Assembly (NCBI GenBank): GCA_965287045.1
Contig: OZ336885.1
Location: forward strand, 62,124,001 to 62,188,000
Reading direction: 5' to 3'
DNA from: Carcharhinus amblyrhynchos
Taxonomy: Eukaryota
DNA: 64,000 nucleotides
In this document: piece after piece, positions 25,151 through 38,361 of the stretch
How positions within the stretch are numbered: the first letter of the stretch is position 1
Layout of the letters: every line of letters starts with the position of its first letter
Notes under the pieces: generated by a model
Database searches by the model: none
What the model saw: the letters and a program-made list of their open reading frames with translations, nothing else
Told to the model about the DNA's origin: nothing
Made by a program: the position numbers and the translations under genes

Positions 25151-26929
25151 CCAAAATACTATGAGCTGTTCAACGTAGTGTTGGAAGCCAAGTTGAAGAT
25201 GCAGTTTTGAATTCCACATTGCTCGTTAATGCAACCAAATCCTGGAATGCAAGGCCCTCGGTGTTGCAGTAATCATGTCAGATGCACATTTGTTGCCAAT
25301 TCGATGACAATGTAGAGGCATATCATATGTCTCATTTCATAATGAAATAAATGAAACAGTGATTGGTAAACTGAGCTACAAGCAGGAGGAAGGAGGAAGA
25401 CACTGTTTACACTATAGATCGAGCATAATATCAATCCCGCTCGAAGTTTTCATTTGTCTATGACTCCAAATATTAACTCACAGTTATGTTGCAGCGATCA
25501 ACAGTGGTTTATTTCTGTACTATTCATGTATGCACTTAAAGAAAATTGTCAGACGGCAGCCCACCATGTTCGAATTCTTACAATGTACCTTTGCACGTCT
25601 GCATTTCAGAACGATTGAAAACGTAAATAGAGCATAGAACGTGTTGTTTATTTTTTTCTCATCAATTTCCAGTGTTACTCTTCATTTTATATGTCGAAAG
25701 TCAATCGAACTATTCCATTTCTAACATCACACTTAGCCATCCGTCAAAAATGCAATTTAGCCAACTGGAAAATTGAGAAGTTAAGGTGACAAAGCGAAAA
25801 ACCTTGATCGCAAATTAACTGGCTCCAACATTTGATTCAACCGATAATAGGAAGCACATACTCGTTGTGAAACATGAAATTCCTCCTCCGAAGTTTGTAT
25901 GTCATTGCCATGTCTAAATCGTTTTTCAGGAGCCTATTTTCTCCTTGTCAGCGAATGCACTAATTTTCCTTGGAACCTAATAGCTGTATAATTGCTACGA
26001 AACTGTGTTATCTCGGACGTGCATATTATGAATGGAAATATAAGGATCAGTTCCAAATACCTACCTGCATCTTTCTGTATGATTGTTCGTTCTGTGAAAG
26101 AAGTACATGCTTCAAACTCATTGTTATCTGAAACGCAGAATGGTGGCCAGTAGATTCAGAAATTTTCAAAGCACTGCTAAATGTTAAGTCGATGAACAGA
26201 TTTGCCTTTGCTGCACCAGCTTCCGAATGAACTAACTATTTTTCCATCACCTTCAAAACTTAAAGAAAGATTTTTTGTTTGGATGTGTTTCTGAAAGCAT
26301 TTTTTTTTTCCTGTTCACTTTTATTGAGTTATGAAAGATTCATTGTTGTCCCCAAGTGTGAGTTAGCGTAGAATGCATCGGTACTGACAATAGCGAACTG
26401 TTCTTCTTCAGAACAAAATAATTTTTGAAATCCACTGCAAAATTCAGGGCCTTTGACAAATGTGCATTGTACCTGTCTTGCACTTGATCTAACTGGAATG
26501 ATATTTGTCTTGTTTCACTATATTTCGTGTTCTGGATCCAAATTATGAAGGGTCACCTGCAAATAACTCGGTACAATGGTGACACTTTCACAGTGTGTGC
26601 GTTGCTGCTGTATTTCACGTCAGAACTTTCTTGGTATTGTCTGGAAATTTACACTTTATTGTCAAATAGCGTTATTGCTGAAAACAATAGTTTTTCACCG
26701 TCACCTTTACGCGCCCAAAGGAATTCTTAGTATTATCCGTTTCGGAATGACAATTATTTATTATTATACAATCGATTTGTTCTTGAATCCCACACTGCCT
26801 AATATATCTAACCTGTTTTTTTTTCTGCCATGGAAGCAAAAACAAAACATGGTATTTCTTCCAAAGAGAAATAAAGGATTGCAGTTTCTGGGAAACCGAA
26901 ATGAATAATAAGATGTTTTATGAAAAAAA

Positions 26930-27045
26930 ATAATAAAAAGACCATTTACTGTGAATGCTGAGATCTGAAGAAGAAGAAAAAAATCGGAATATTTCACCAA
27001 AGCTGACAACACCGCTGGAGAGGAAACAGCGCTAGAATGCTGTAA
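26930..27045 (-). repeat. Penelope pseudo-LTR fragment
   Basis: tactgtgaatgctgagatctgaa...agctgacaacaccgctggagaggaaacagcgcta is the reverse of the motif at 1160-1272. Confidence 0.55.
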
Positions 27046-27159
27046 ATAGGCAATTGGTTTGCCATAGGCTATAAACTGAGTCAAGAAGTTGATACTTTAT
27101 GCCTCAGCTGTTTACCAAAACAAAGTGAACAACTTTTCCCTTGAAAATGGAGTCAGTGG

Positions 27160-27790
27160 TGGGCAGAGAGGTGAAGAAAGCATTCAGCATGCTTGGTTTC
27201 ATTGGTCAGAACACTGGATAGAGGAGTTGGGCCGTTCTGTTGAAGGTGTACAAGGCTTTGGTAAGGCCACACATGGAATACTGCGCCCAGTTCTGGTCAC
27301 CATATTATAGAAAGGATGTTATTAAACAAACAAGATTTACTGGGATGCTACCAGGACATGGTGATTTGAGTTATCAGGAGAGTCTGAACAGACAGAGACA
27401 TTTGTTTTCCTCTAGAGCGTGGTAGGCTGTGGGGTGATCCGATAGATGTTTATAATATCTTGAGGGGCATAGATCAGCTAGATTATCATTATATTTTCCA
27501 AAATATAGGGAAATCTAAAAGTAGATGGCATAGATTTAAGTTGAGATGGGATCGTTATAAAAAGTTTTTTTTCACAAAGAGGGCGGTGAGTGTCTGGAAA
27601 AGGCTGTCAGAGGTAGTAGTAGACGTCGGTACAATTTTATCTTTTAAAACGCATGTGGACAGGTACATGGACAAGATGGGTCTGGAGGGAAATGTGTCAA
27701 GTGTGGGCTGTTTGGATTAGCCTAGGGGTTTCTTTTTTAGGGGGCAACATGGTCAAGTTGGACCAAAAGTCCTTTATCAATGTTGTAAAC
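27160..27790 (+). mobile_element. CR1 LINE 3' fragment
   Basis: ORFs YKALVRPHMEYCAQFWSPYYRKD and FFTKRAVSVWKRL, then the 3'UTR. Confidence 0.92.
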
Positions 27791-30700
27791 CTCGATGTTC
27801 AGGATATTTCACATCAATCACGTTGCAACCTTTCATTTTTCTTTGTTCATGAAACCTGAGTGTTTTTTTTTTGCTGAGTCCGCATTATTGCCCATGTTTG
27901 AAAGCATTTAAGAGACGATCACATTATTCTGGATTTGGGGTTGCATGTTGTAAACACTTTTGACGCAACGGTGTGTTTTTTTTTAATTTAAATTTCACCA
28001 TATTCCGTGGTGTGGCTCGAAAGTGGATCTCCAGAGAATTGCAGTGTTACTCCGGATTAACAGTCCACCGACAATACCAAGATACCACCGCCTCATACTG
28101 GCGAAGCTGCCATATCATTGTTGCCATAATAAGTTTATTTTTTGCGAAAAAAAAACGAACAAACCAAAAAAAAATGTTGCCGACCTCAAGGTTCTATTCA
28201 GAGTATGTTGTCAATCAGCATTTTGTTTTGTTTCTAAAATTACAAACGTGCCTCTGACTGAAACTTTTTTTTTGTCGTGTTGAGCCTCGAAATGTTGTCC
28301 GCAAAATGATTATGTAAATAAAATATGTATGGGCACCTATGCACGTTTGAAACTATTGTTTAACTTTTCACAATGCCTGTATGTAACTTTTGGAATTGTG
28401 GATTTATTTCTCGTGATCTGAAGTACGTCTATGCGATAGCTGTTGTGTCACTGTGTGTTTTCGAATCCCAATCACCAATTGTAGGCTGATATCTCCAAAG
28501 CTCTCATGGAACTGCCTCTCTAAAATTCAAGTTTCATGTTTTACAATGCAGTATGTTTGGGAATCAGTATCCCATTGTGTATAGTTTCTCCTTTATAAAT
28601 TTGGATGTTACATACGGGTGATATTGGAATAGCGTAGGTTAGATGGACTTTGGGTTGGTTTCCCAGGTTGGTGCAACATCGAGGGCTGAAAGATCTGGAC
28701 TGCAATGTTGGATGTTCACTATGTAAATATTTAATCACAACATACACAATTACGAGCACACAATTACAGCCCTGGGAGCATAGAAATAGCTATTTTATTG
28801 TGCATCTTCTTAATTTTCTGATCATGATATTGCAACCTTACTCAGCATGATCTTGTTCCGCATGCCTACATGTCAAACTTCCACCGAGTGCACCAACATG
28901 GCAGATAATATTAACCGTTGACCTAGCGAGAGCTGATGGAATGCAATATCAACATCACTTCCACATTTGATATACTTTTCATGCACATTTAGGTAATTGG
29001 CCAGCTTCATGCCGGCTAAAACTAAAGTGTGCCCGTTTGTACACAACAGGTTATGTACAATTTTATTAAAGGACATTTAATTAAAAACATTGGGACGACA
29101 TTATATCATTGGAATAGACGCAATAAAGACACAGTTTTGGTTTCCGATCAATTTGGTTACATTTATTTTTTTTTCGTGTGTTCCCGATATGAGCGTTGTT
29201 GGCTGCGTCAACATTATCGAAAATAAAGTGGCGTATTTGCAGGACCACATTGTGAGGAAAAGCAAATAAGGCGGATCTGGCAAATGTTGGTGTGTTGTCG
29301 AGTCTCTTATGTCAAATAACACATCACGAATGGCGTATAAGAAATGTAACAAATTTTTTGCACCTATTCTTTGCATTAAATAAATTTTCATAAATCATAT
29401 TAGCCTTTGGTTTTCAAGTTGGCTCATTTTCTAATGTTCTAATATTCTGTCTTATCCTGTCTTCTTCTGCACAATTCATTTGTCTTTAGTAACACTGATT
29501 GATGACTTTATGACCTCATTCGTTCATTGTATTAAAAGTATCGGACTGCTCATTTTGTGTTCTGCTGCAAAGTACAAATGAAGTTAAGGGACCTGACCTG
29601 CAGCTTCCTGTAGTTCAATCAACTTCTGGACAGCTTTGAAAAAATAAAGGAGATGTCAGAAAAAAAACATTCATTGAGACATCGGAACAATAATGAATTG
29701 AACTTTCCAGAAATGATTGAGAAATTTACCATATGTCCGTTTGTGGTTATGTTTTCCTTGTAGCTTAGTTCGAACTTCCGTTAAGATTTAATTCGCAGCT
29801 AATTTATGAATTTCTGAATTCACCCGCAGTGTGCTAAACGTGAATTATGATGCTTAAGCTCTTCGTACACAGTTCCGAAGTGCACAATTACTTTAAGCAC
29901 AGCAAACTAAGTTTTGCTTCAAATTTGTTTTAAATAATGTGACGAATTTGTTCTTAATTATAGAATGCAAAATGGACAGGAGTGTGCGCGCCACACTGTA
30001 TGCGATAAATGGCTGCATTAACTTGAAGCGAAAGCGGGTATGGCTGGAATGAAAATCACGTGACAATTGTGCCTATGTTATGCTTCCCATGGCTGGCGGT
30101 CATAGGCATGCAAACACATGAACCATAAAGCCGTTTTGGTTCATGTTATATTTTCTAATTTCATGATACTAATTTGGGCTGTAAAATCTGAACAGTACGA
30201 ACTGAGTGTCACAGTGAAATATTTGAGAGGTGCATCTGCTCCATCCTCTTTAGCTGAAGACTTTTCAGTGATTCAATCACTTATTAAGCAAAATGCAAAA
30301 CTCAGAAATTTACTTTCAACTTGGAATGATGGATATTAAGAATAAGAGAACAATATTAAGAAACAATACTGTCCTCCAGCAGAAACGGAACTGCCATATT
30401 ACATCTCGAAAATAATAAATTCACCAAAGCCCAGATAGTTTAAACAGAAAAAGCCACACACAAAAAAAAATCACGGTAAGAGGATATGTTAAAACGTTAT
30501 TAAATATGCAGACGGAATACATTGAGTTTAGAATTGCAGTCTAAATACGAATCACTGTGCATTTAGATAATTGGAGTCAATTAGGGATTCGGGAGAAAAA
30601 AAACGAGGTGTTTTGATGTTGTTGTTGTTGCCGTTTGCTTACTAAATTTTCAGACTCTGGTTTTAACCCGCGGCAGAAGTTTAGAATTCAATGGCAATAA

Positions 30701-33700
30701 ATTACTGTTAATCAGTTGATAAGTGGGTTCTGTCCATTTCAATGTACACAAGACAAAAGTAAGTATTATCGTTTTTAAAACGAATAACTTCAACATAATT
30801 ACAATAAATGTAAAGTCAGATTTAAACATGTGACAGGAATGTTCAGTAACGTCTGTTGTTTGTCTCGCAATGTGTGGAAATTCATTGACGCTGTGTGTCG
30901 CCTGAATGGACATACGGTATGAAGTGCCATGGAGTATACAATCTTGAGAGGGGGATTTCACGTTTCGACTGATGGCGAAATACACGACGGTGCGTCAGGA
31001 AGTCTGAGATTCGTGAAAAATACAAGAGACAAATGGTTAAGGTTGACAGTTCTTTTGCTACTATATGGCTGTTCTGGAACACTTTTAGTAAATGGATAAA
31101 AAGTTAGTTAGGTGTTTGGATGTCCATGCAGACATAAACAACATAATGGCCTGTTGCTCTATGGACAAAAAAGCTTAATCCATTTCTACAGTCACTGTGT
31201 GAGCGTTCGAGAACACAAGTTTCTACTGGAGTTATTTTATATTATTTACTGTTCGGCCTTATTTGGCTATTTTCCCTCAATGTTTGGCAACATACCTCAG
31301 AATGTACCTTGAACTCCGAGTGCCATAATTATTGAATGCAAAAGAACACGTAACCCAATACTTCTATTTATGTCGAGTGGATGCAATTATTCTACGTAAT
31401 TGAAACAGGTTTATAACGGGGCGAAAAACAAACCTTCTCATTCCCGAACAGTATATTTGGAACGTACCCCAAATGTGAGCTCTGCAAAACATCTTGGAAG
31501 CATCCACACGCTCGCTACTTGACAATTAAACACTTTGTCTGTCGACCCACGAATAATTGTGTTGTGCTGAGAAGGATCTGGCAAAGTGCGTCGCTTCGTC
31601 AACTTCTAATGTTTCGATCACGTTTACACTTATAGTTGCATGTTAAACAGCAATGCTAACTTCAGAATGAATCCATGAAACTTCCACAGGCAGTCACATT
31701 TGTTTTTATTCTAAACCCCCATCCCCACACCTGGCCGCCTGCAGCCCTCCATAATAATCCCTCACATACCCAAGGCATTCTCCAAACATTTTGAATTTGG
31801 CACTGACCTCTACCACTCCACCTACGAAATGACATTAAATGAGCTAGCCAAACCTGACAAAATAGTGCCCGACTAATCTACCAGCGATGTGGTCCCAAAA
31901 CAACCGGTGCCCTTAACTGATCCACACGCTGCACCAGCATGCTACATGACACCGGCCCACTATTGACCAGCCTCTCTCGTAATACGACCACCCAACACCT
32001 CCTGCCCGAGAACGATGACAACCCAGTGCCAAGTGAGACCCCCAGACTTCAAAAAGCCTCCCAGCCCCCTGCATTGTACCAACAGTGCACCAGCACCCCC
32101 TCCAGCCCGACTGATCACCCCCTCCAACCAGGCCCACGTTATGCCATGAAGAATTCCATGGGAGACTGCAAACACGGTCACGCTTGTGGGTTTGTTTCTA
32201 GGATTGCTGTCTGATTATTGTTGGAAGTGAACCCGCGACTTTGGATTCAGAAAATAAGCTACAGAACGAGAGTTATGGGTGACTCAACGTGCTTGTTGTG
32301 TTAATTAGAAATATACGGTCATGCAGGTCGAAGTTCTTGGAAAAGAAACTTTGGAAACATAATTGCACCATATTTTCATTCAAATGCAGGAATAATGCAA
32401 TTTGAACCACGGAACTACGTCTGCATGAAAATTAAAACGTAGTGTTTTTTTCAGGACGAATGACTCTGTTTTATGTTTACAGTACATAAGCATTGCATTC
32501 AGTGTGAATTTCATTATTAATTCGTCAGTTGAATATGGACATCACTGCTATTTGCGACTTTAATATCCAGTCGATAATTGTCGTCGAAAAGGTGATAATA
32601 AGTCAAATTCTCAAACAAAGCCTTCAGAATCTTCGTCTTCAACAACATTTGTCTCAACCCCATTCTTCCTCAATGAGACCCTCTTTGAATATAGTTCTCT
32701 TTTTCTCTGCCCATTGTTTTTCTTATTCCCCGTTCTGCCTTCTCTTTTTATGGCATTGTTTGCCCCTCGTCTAGATACTTGCAGTCGTTTCCACCCTACC
32801 TGTAATTTTACATTAAAGCCTCACAAAATACTTGTAAATATTCTTCAGAATGACTCTAAAAAGTCCGATTTTGCATATTTCTTCTTAACGTCTTTGTTTT
32901 ACAAATTTCAACGTCCACTCTTTTCATTGGCATCCAGCTGTACCACAAAAGAACAAATAGCAAAGAAAATTACAGCACTGGAGCAGACACTCTGGTGTTC
33001 CATGCCTGAACTGAAATTGCTACCCATGGAAATTAAAAGCCCTTAAATTTCTGGGTGCAATATACCTCTGTTCCTATCGTTTTCATGTATTTATCTAGAT
33101 TCTCTTCAAACTTCTCTATTGTATCTGTATGTGAGCGTGGATGAGCATGTGTGAATCAGGAAGTGTTTGGAGTGAGGATACATTTGTGATTGAAGGTGTG
33201 TTTTTGTTGATTAAAAAATGACTGTGCATGAGTATGTGTTTGTAAGGATGAGTCGACGACTAACTTTTCACCACCCCTTCGAAACATTCAATAACCACTT
33301 TAACCACAACTGCAGGGAGGCGACATGCCATCCTGCAGTTTCGATTTCGATCAGTACCTGGCAACATAGAGTCATCACGCATGCAGCATAATGGCTTGCA
33401 TTCGAGTGGGAAACCCAATTAGAATCTTCATGAATGTTGAGAGAATTAAGTCAACAGGTGTCAAGCAGACACTTAGTACGGACACATTCTGCTGTTAAGC
33501 ACGCACTGTCCTTCCAAAGATGGCAGTTCCTTACACCTCAATTTAGAACACCAGAGCGATATTGCAATGAGGCCGGAAAAGTTTGCAGCATGAACTCCCG
33601 TTCATGACGACAAATGGAGGCAAAGTAACACCAAAATTTAGCTGTTTTGTGGACCTCTACCACGACATCTGTAAGGTTGAACCTGAACAAGTTTGTGCAA

Positions 33701-34210
33701 GTAACTGTAAGCAGGAAAATACATCTTTTAACCTCAATCCGAAACATGTCCTGTTGCAGGCGTATTGGACAATTGGAACATTAGTACTAGTAGCATGTGT
33801 AACAGGTTCGTTGTGTTAACTGTGAACAGGTGACAAGCACTTCTTCTCAATAAAACGCCATGTTTTGTTTTCATTCTTTCAATGCCCTAAGGAATAATAT
33901 TCAAACTGTCCAGCTCGACAGGTGTGGGGACCCAAAAGGCGAGTCGAACCAGTAATATCTTCGCAAACAAATGCAAACTACATTGGTAAACATCACTATC
34001 ATGGACGTGTGACAGGTAGGTACATTCTAGGCCCTTATTCCCTTCGGTACTGCTTCTCCATTCATAATGATCATCAGCCATCATCGAACTCAAAACCTGC
34101 CTCTACAATCTTTCCACAGCCAGTAACCATCTTCCCCCCAAGGGCAAGAATTAATTTGTTTCTGTAATCGTGTTTGTTATCATTGTTGATGATTCTATTG
34201 GTTTACCATT

Positions 34211-36725
34211 CATAGAACATAGAACACTACAGCACCAACAGGCCCTTCGGCCCACAAGTTTCGGCGATCATATCCATACCTACCAGGCCTATCGAAAACT
34301 CTCAATCCCATTAAACCCCATGTACTCTTCCGGAAGTCTTTTAAAATAATCCAGCAAGTTCGCCTCTAACACCACGGACGGCAGCCGATTCCACTCACTC
34401 ACAACCCTCTGAGCTGACATCTCCTCTGTACCTGCTCCCCGGCACCGTAAACCTGTGTCCTCTTGTCGCTTCCATTTCAGCCCTGGGAAATAGCCTCCGA
34501 GATTCCACCCTATCTTTACCCCTCAACATTTTATAAACCTCTATCAGGTCGCCGCTCAATCTTCGTCTCTCCAGGGAGAAGAGACTTAGCTCCCTCAACC
34601 TATCTTCATAAGGCATGCCTCCCAATCCAGGCAACATCCTTGTAAATCTCCTCTGCACCCTCTCAATAGCTTCCAACTCTTTCTTGTAGTGAGCCGACCA
34701 GAACTGTGCACAGTACTCAAACCGGGGTCTGACAAGAGTCGTATAAAGTTGCAGCATTACCTTTCGTCTCCTAAACTCAATCCCTCGGTTAATGAAGGTT
34801 CGCACACCACAGGCCTTCTTGAACTCGTCCTCCACCTGCGAGGTCGATTTAAGAGTCTTATGGACCCGGACCCCAAGGTCCTTCTGCTCCTCAACACTGG
34901 ATATTGTACTCCTTCACACCATTTGTTTGTTTTCATTGCTGATGATTTCATTGATTTACCATTCATAGAACATAGAACAGTACAGCACCAACAGGCCCTT
35001 CGGCCCACAAGTTGCGGCGATCATATCCATACCTACCAGGCCTATCTATAACTCTCAATCCCATTAAATCCCATGTACTCTTCCAGAAGACTTTTAAAAT
35101 AATCCAGCAAGTTTGCATCTAACATCACAGGCGGCAGCGGATTCCACTCACTCAGCCGTCTGAGTGAAAAACTTACCCTGACATCTCCTCTGCACCTGTC
35201 AAAATGGACCACTACACATTTATCCGCGTTGAAGTCCATCTGCCACTTCTCCACCTAGTCTTGCATTCTATCTATGTCTCGCTGCAACTTCTAACATCCC
35301 TCCAGACTATCCACAACAACAGCAACCTTCGTGTCATCGGCAAACTTACTAACCCTCCATTCTACTTCCTCATCCAGGTCATTTATGAAAATGACGAATA
35401 GCAAGGGCCCGAGAACAGATCCCTGGGGCACTCCACCGGTGACCGACCTCCTTGCAGAAAAAGACCCATGCACAACCACTCTCTGTCTTCTGCAGTCAAG
35501 CCACTTCTGGATCCGCAAGGCAACAGCCCCTTGGATCCCATGCCCTTTCACCTTGTCAAGAAGCCTTGCATGGGGGACCTTATCAAACGCCTGGCTGAAG
35601 TCCACGTAAGCCACATCCACCCCTCTCCCTTTGTCAATGTGTTCTGTCACATTTTCAAAGAACTCATTTAGGCTTGGAAGGCAAGACCTGCCCTTGACAA
35701 AGCAGTGCCGACTATTTCTGGTCATACTAAAGTTCTCTAAATATTCATAATTCCTGACCCTTGGTATCCTCTCCATCAATTTACCAACCACTGAGGTTAG
35801 ACGCACTGGTTGGTAATTTCCCGGGCTATCCGTGTTCCCTTTCTTGGAAATAGGAACAACACTCACAATCTTCCAATCCTCCAGAACATCTCCCGTCCTC
35901 ATCAACGACGCAAAGGTCGTCGCCAGCGGCTCTGCAATCTCTTCCCTCACCTCCCATAGTAACCTGGGTACATCTCCTCCGGTCCCGGTGACTTATCTAT
36001 CTTGATAGAATTTAAAAATTCCAACACATCCTCTTTCTTAATGTCCACATACTTAACCTTTTCAGTCCGCAGCAAACCTGCAGTACAACCTCCCAGATCA
36101 TTTTCCACCATGAATACCGAGGCAAAGTACTCATTCAGCGCCTTTGCCATTTCTTCTGGTTCCACACAGACTTTTCCCCCTTCACTTTTTATTGGCCCAA
36201 TCCCTTCACTTCTCATCGTTTTACTCTTCACATATTTGTAGAACGCCTTGGGGTTCTCCTTAATCTCACCCACCAAGGCCTTCTCATGACACCTTCTGGC
36301 TCTCCTAATTTCCTTTATAAGCTCCTTCCTACAACCCGTATAATCCTCTAGATCCTTAACTTCTCCTAGCTCTCTGAATCTTTTGTACGCCTTTCTTTTC
36401 TTCTTGACTAGGTTCATCACCACCTTCAAGCACCACAGTTCCCGCGACCTACGAAAACCTCCCTGTCTCATGGGGACGTTGTCGTGCAGAGCTCCCGACA
36501 AACTTTGCTTGAAAAATCCGCCTACTTCCTTCAGTACGTTTTCCCCCAGAACACGTCCTTCCAGTTTACTCGTCCAATTTTCTGCCTGATGTCTTCATAT
36601 TTTCCCTTACGCCAGGTAAACACCTTCCTAGCCAACCTGATCCTATCTCTTTCTGATGCTTTCATGAAGGGGATAGAATTATGACCGCCATCCCCGAGAT
36701 GCTCTCCCACCGAGAGATCCGACAT
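34211..36725 (-). mobile_element. CR1 LINE, 5'-truncated, with an internal displaced duplication
   Basis: (catagaa)n tails at 34211 and 34964; ORFs with [47 protein letters not shown]. Confidence 0.95.
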
Positions 36726-37019
36726 TTTTTTTGGAAAAACATCATTCATTCCTAACAACAAACACAGTCTATATTCTTACAGAAAAATCGCCTTTTATTG
36801 ACACCGCCACTATTGGCACATCATTTCCGCATCTACCCAACATGATTTTGTAAAAGTGGCGCAGGTTTCCATGAAATCCATCCTCATTCTGCTAATCTGC
36901 AGCGACTAAAATCATAACCGACACACTTTCCATTCATTTGTCAGTGTTCACTTCCAAGTAATCAATTTGTTAAATATTTGGTGCACTCCTCCATGACAAG
37001 AACAACTTTCTTCAGGTAA

Positions 37020-37115
37020 ACAGAGCAGAAATCTACACAATTTCCAGATGTGGTCTCAGCGAGACACTGTACAATTGCAACAGGCCATGACTTCCTCTAC
37101 AGCCAAATCCCTCCC
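37020..37115 (-). mobile_element. Short CR1 fragment
   Basis: LLQLYSVSLRPHLE in ORF 37033-37233. Confidence 0.65.
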
Positions 37116-38281
37116 CCCCACATTTTATGATCCAGACATTTGCCCCCTTTTGACAAGTAACACTGAATCCTTTACAGGGGAATACTTTGAAGTATAATTG
37201 ATTAAAAGTTTGTGGAAGGTGTAAATTCTTCATAAGAAAGGTTGTTGTTAGCTAATAGAAATACCTGTCAGTCACTTTAGATAAACATTTATCTTTCCTT
37301 CAATTTAACAAACAGCGAAGCTTAATTGAAAAAGTAACACACTGAATAAATAAAAATCTCATGGAATGCTGTTCAACTCATGCAGTTCCCGTTCATTAGT
37401 AGTATTAACAATCATGATAAAAACTTTAGTCACTCCCAAAAAGAAGCAACCACGTTCTGTGTCTTTCTGAATCTCTTGGATATTCTTGGATGATGTCTTT
37501 GACTTTAAGTGCTTTATACTTTGGCAACGTTCACTCGTAAGATGATGCGTCCTCACAAGAGATATCAAAAGATGGGAGGGTGGAGAACTGTTCTCTTCGT
37601 TTCGAGGCTTCAGAGATGGCATCTGATATCTCATGATTTATCCCCTTAATAGCTGTGATGACTTATCGATTTTCCGACAACAGGATTGTTCTGAACTTGT
37701 CAACGTGTTGGCATTCACATGTCATATGTCCCTGGGAGCTGAGTGTCTGCTTCTGATGGTTCATTTTATTTTTATGATTTAAGTTTTCTTGTCAGTACTA
37801 TTGCTTGATTGTTTGATGCAAATCTTGAAGCTTGGTTTCAGCTTCAAGTTTGTATGTGCTTTGCATTTTAATCTCAAAGCACTGAAACAAAACAAACATT
37901 TATAAAGGAAAGGCAATGTTTTCCCGTCCAGCATTTCTTTTTTTTTACCTTTTTTTTTCATTTTTGCTGCCATCAGATTCCAGACTTAAACATTCACCTT
38001 CACAAAACCACCCATCTTCTTGCCGCCTGCAGCACCATCATTGTTGCCTTCAGTAAGAGATGTAAGAGGGCTTCCAATTCTAGTTGCACATTCCCATTTC
38101 CTATATGATACGTGTTCAGTGAAAATCTGCCTTCCCGTTTCTGCCGTGAACGTGGCAATGTTCTAATTATCCACTTGTTGCTACATGACCATTGTCACAC
38201 AATATCATGCAGCAAGATAGATGGATTCAGTGAGAGGCGTGCAAGAGTTTGGAAAAGATGTGACCTACCCTCATTTTCTGA

Positions 38282-38361
38282 TGCCAACTTCGTGAAGGCA
38301 CGGAAGAGCCTTCACGAAGTTGGCAGTTACTTCTGTATTTAAACTAAATACAGAAGTAACT
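38282..38361. repeat. Two abutting perfect inverted repeats (18-bp and 17-bp arms)
   Basis: TGCCAACTTCGTGAAGGC-acggaaga-GCCTTCACGAAGTTGGCA and AGTTACTTCTGTATTTA-aac-TAAATACAGAAGTAACT, sharing base 38325. Confidence 0.97.

Noticed and set aside
1803-26640. Tyrosine-phosphatase-like reading of the exon-like blocks
   Set aside because: Only vague fragments match; no KNRY, DYINA, WPD or HCSAG motifs, and the exon sizes do not fit.
33589-34015. Plus-strand exon-like blocks (also about 4165-4233 and 10653-10740)
   Set aside because: They give no consistent frame or homology; they show that splice-like signals arise by chance here.
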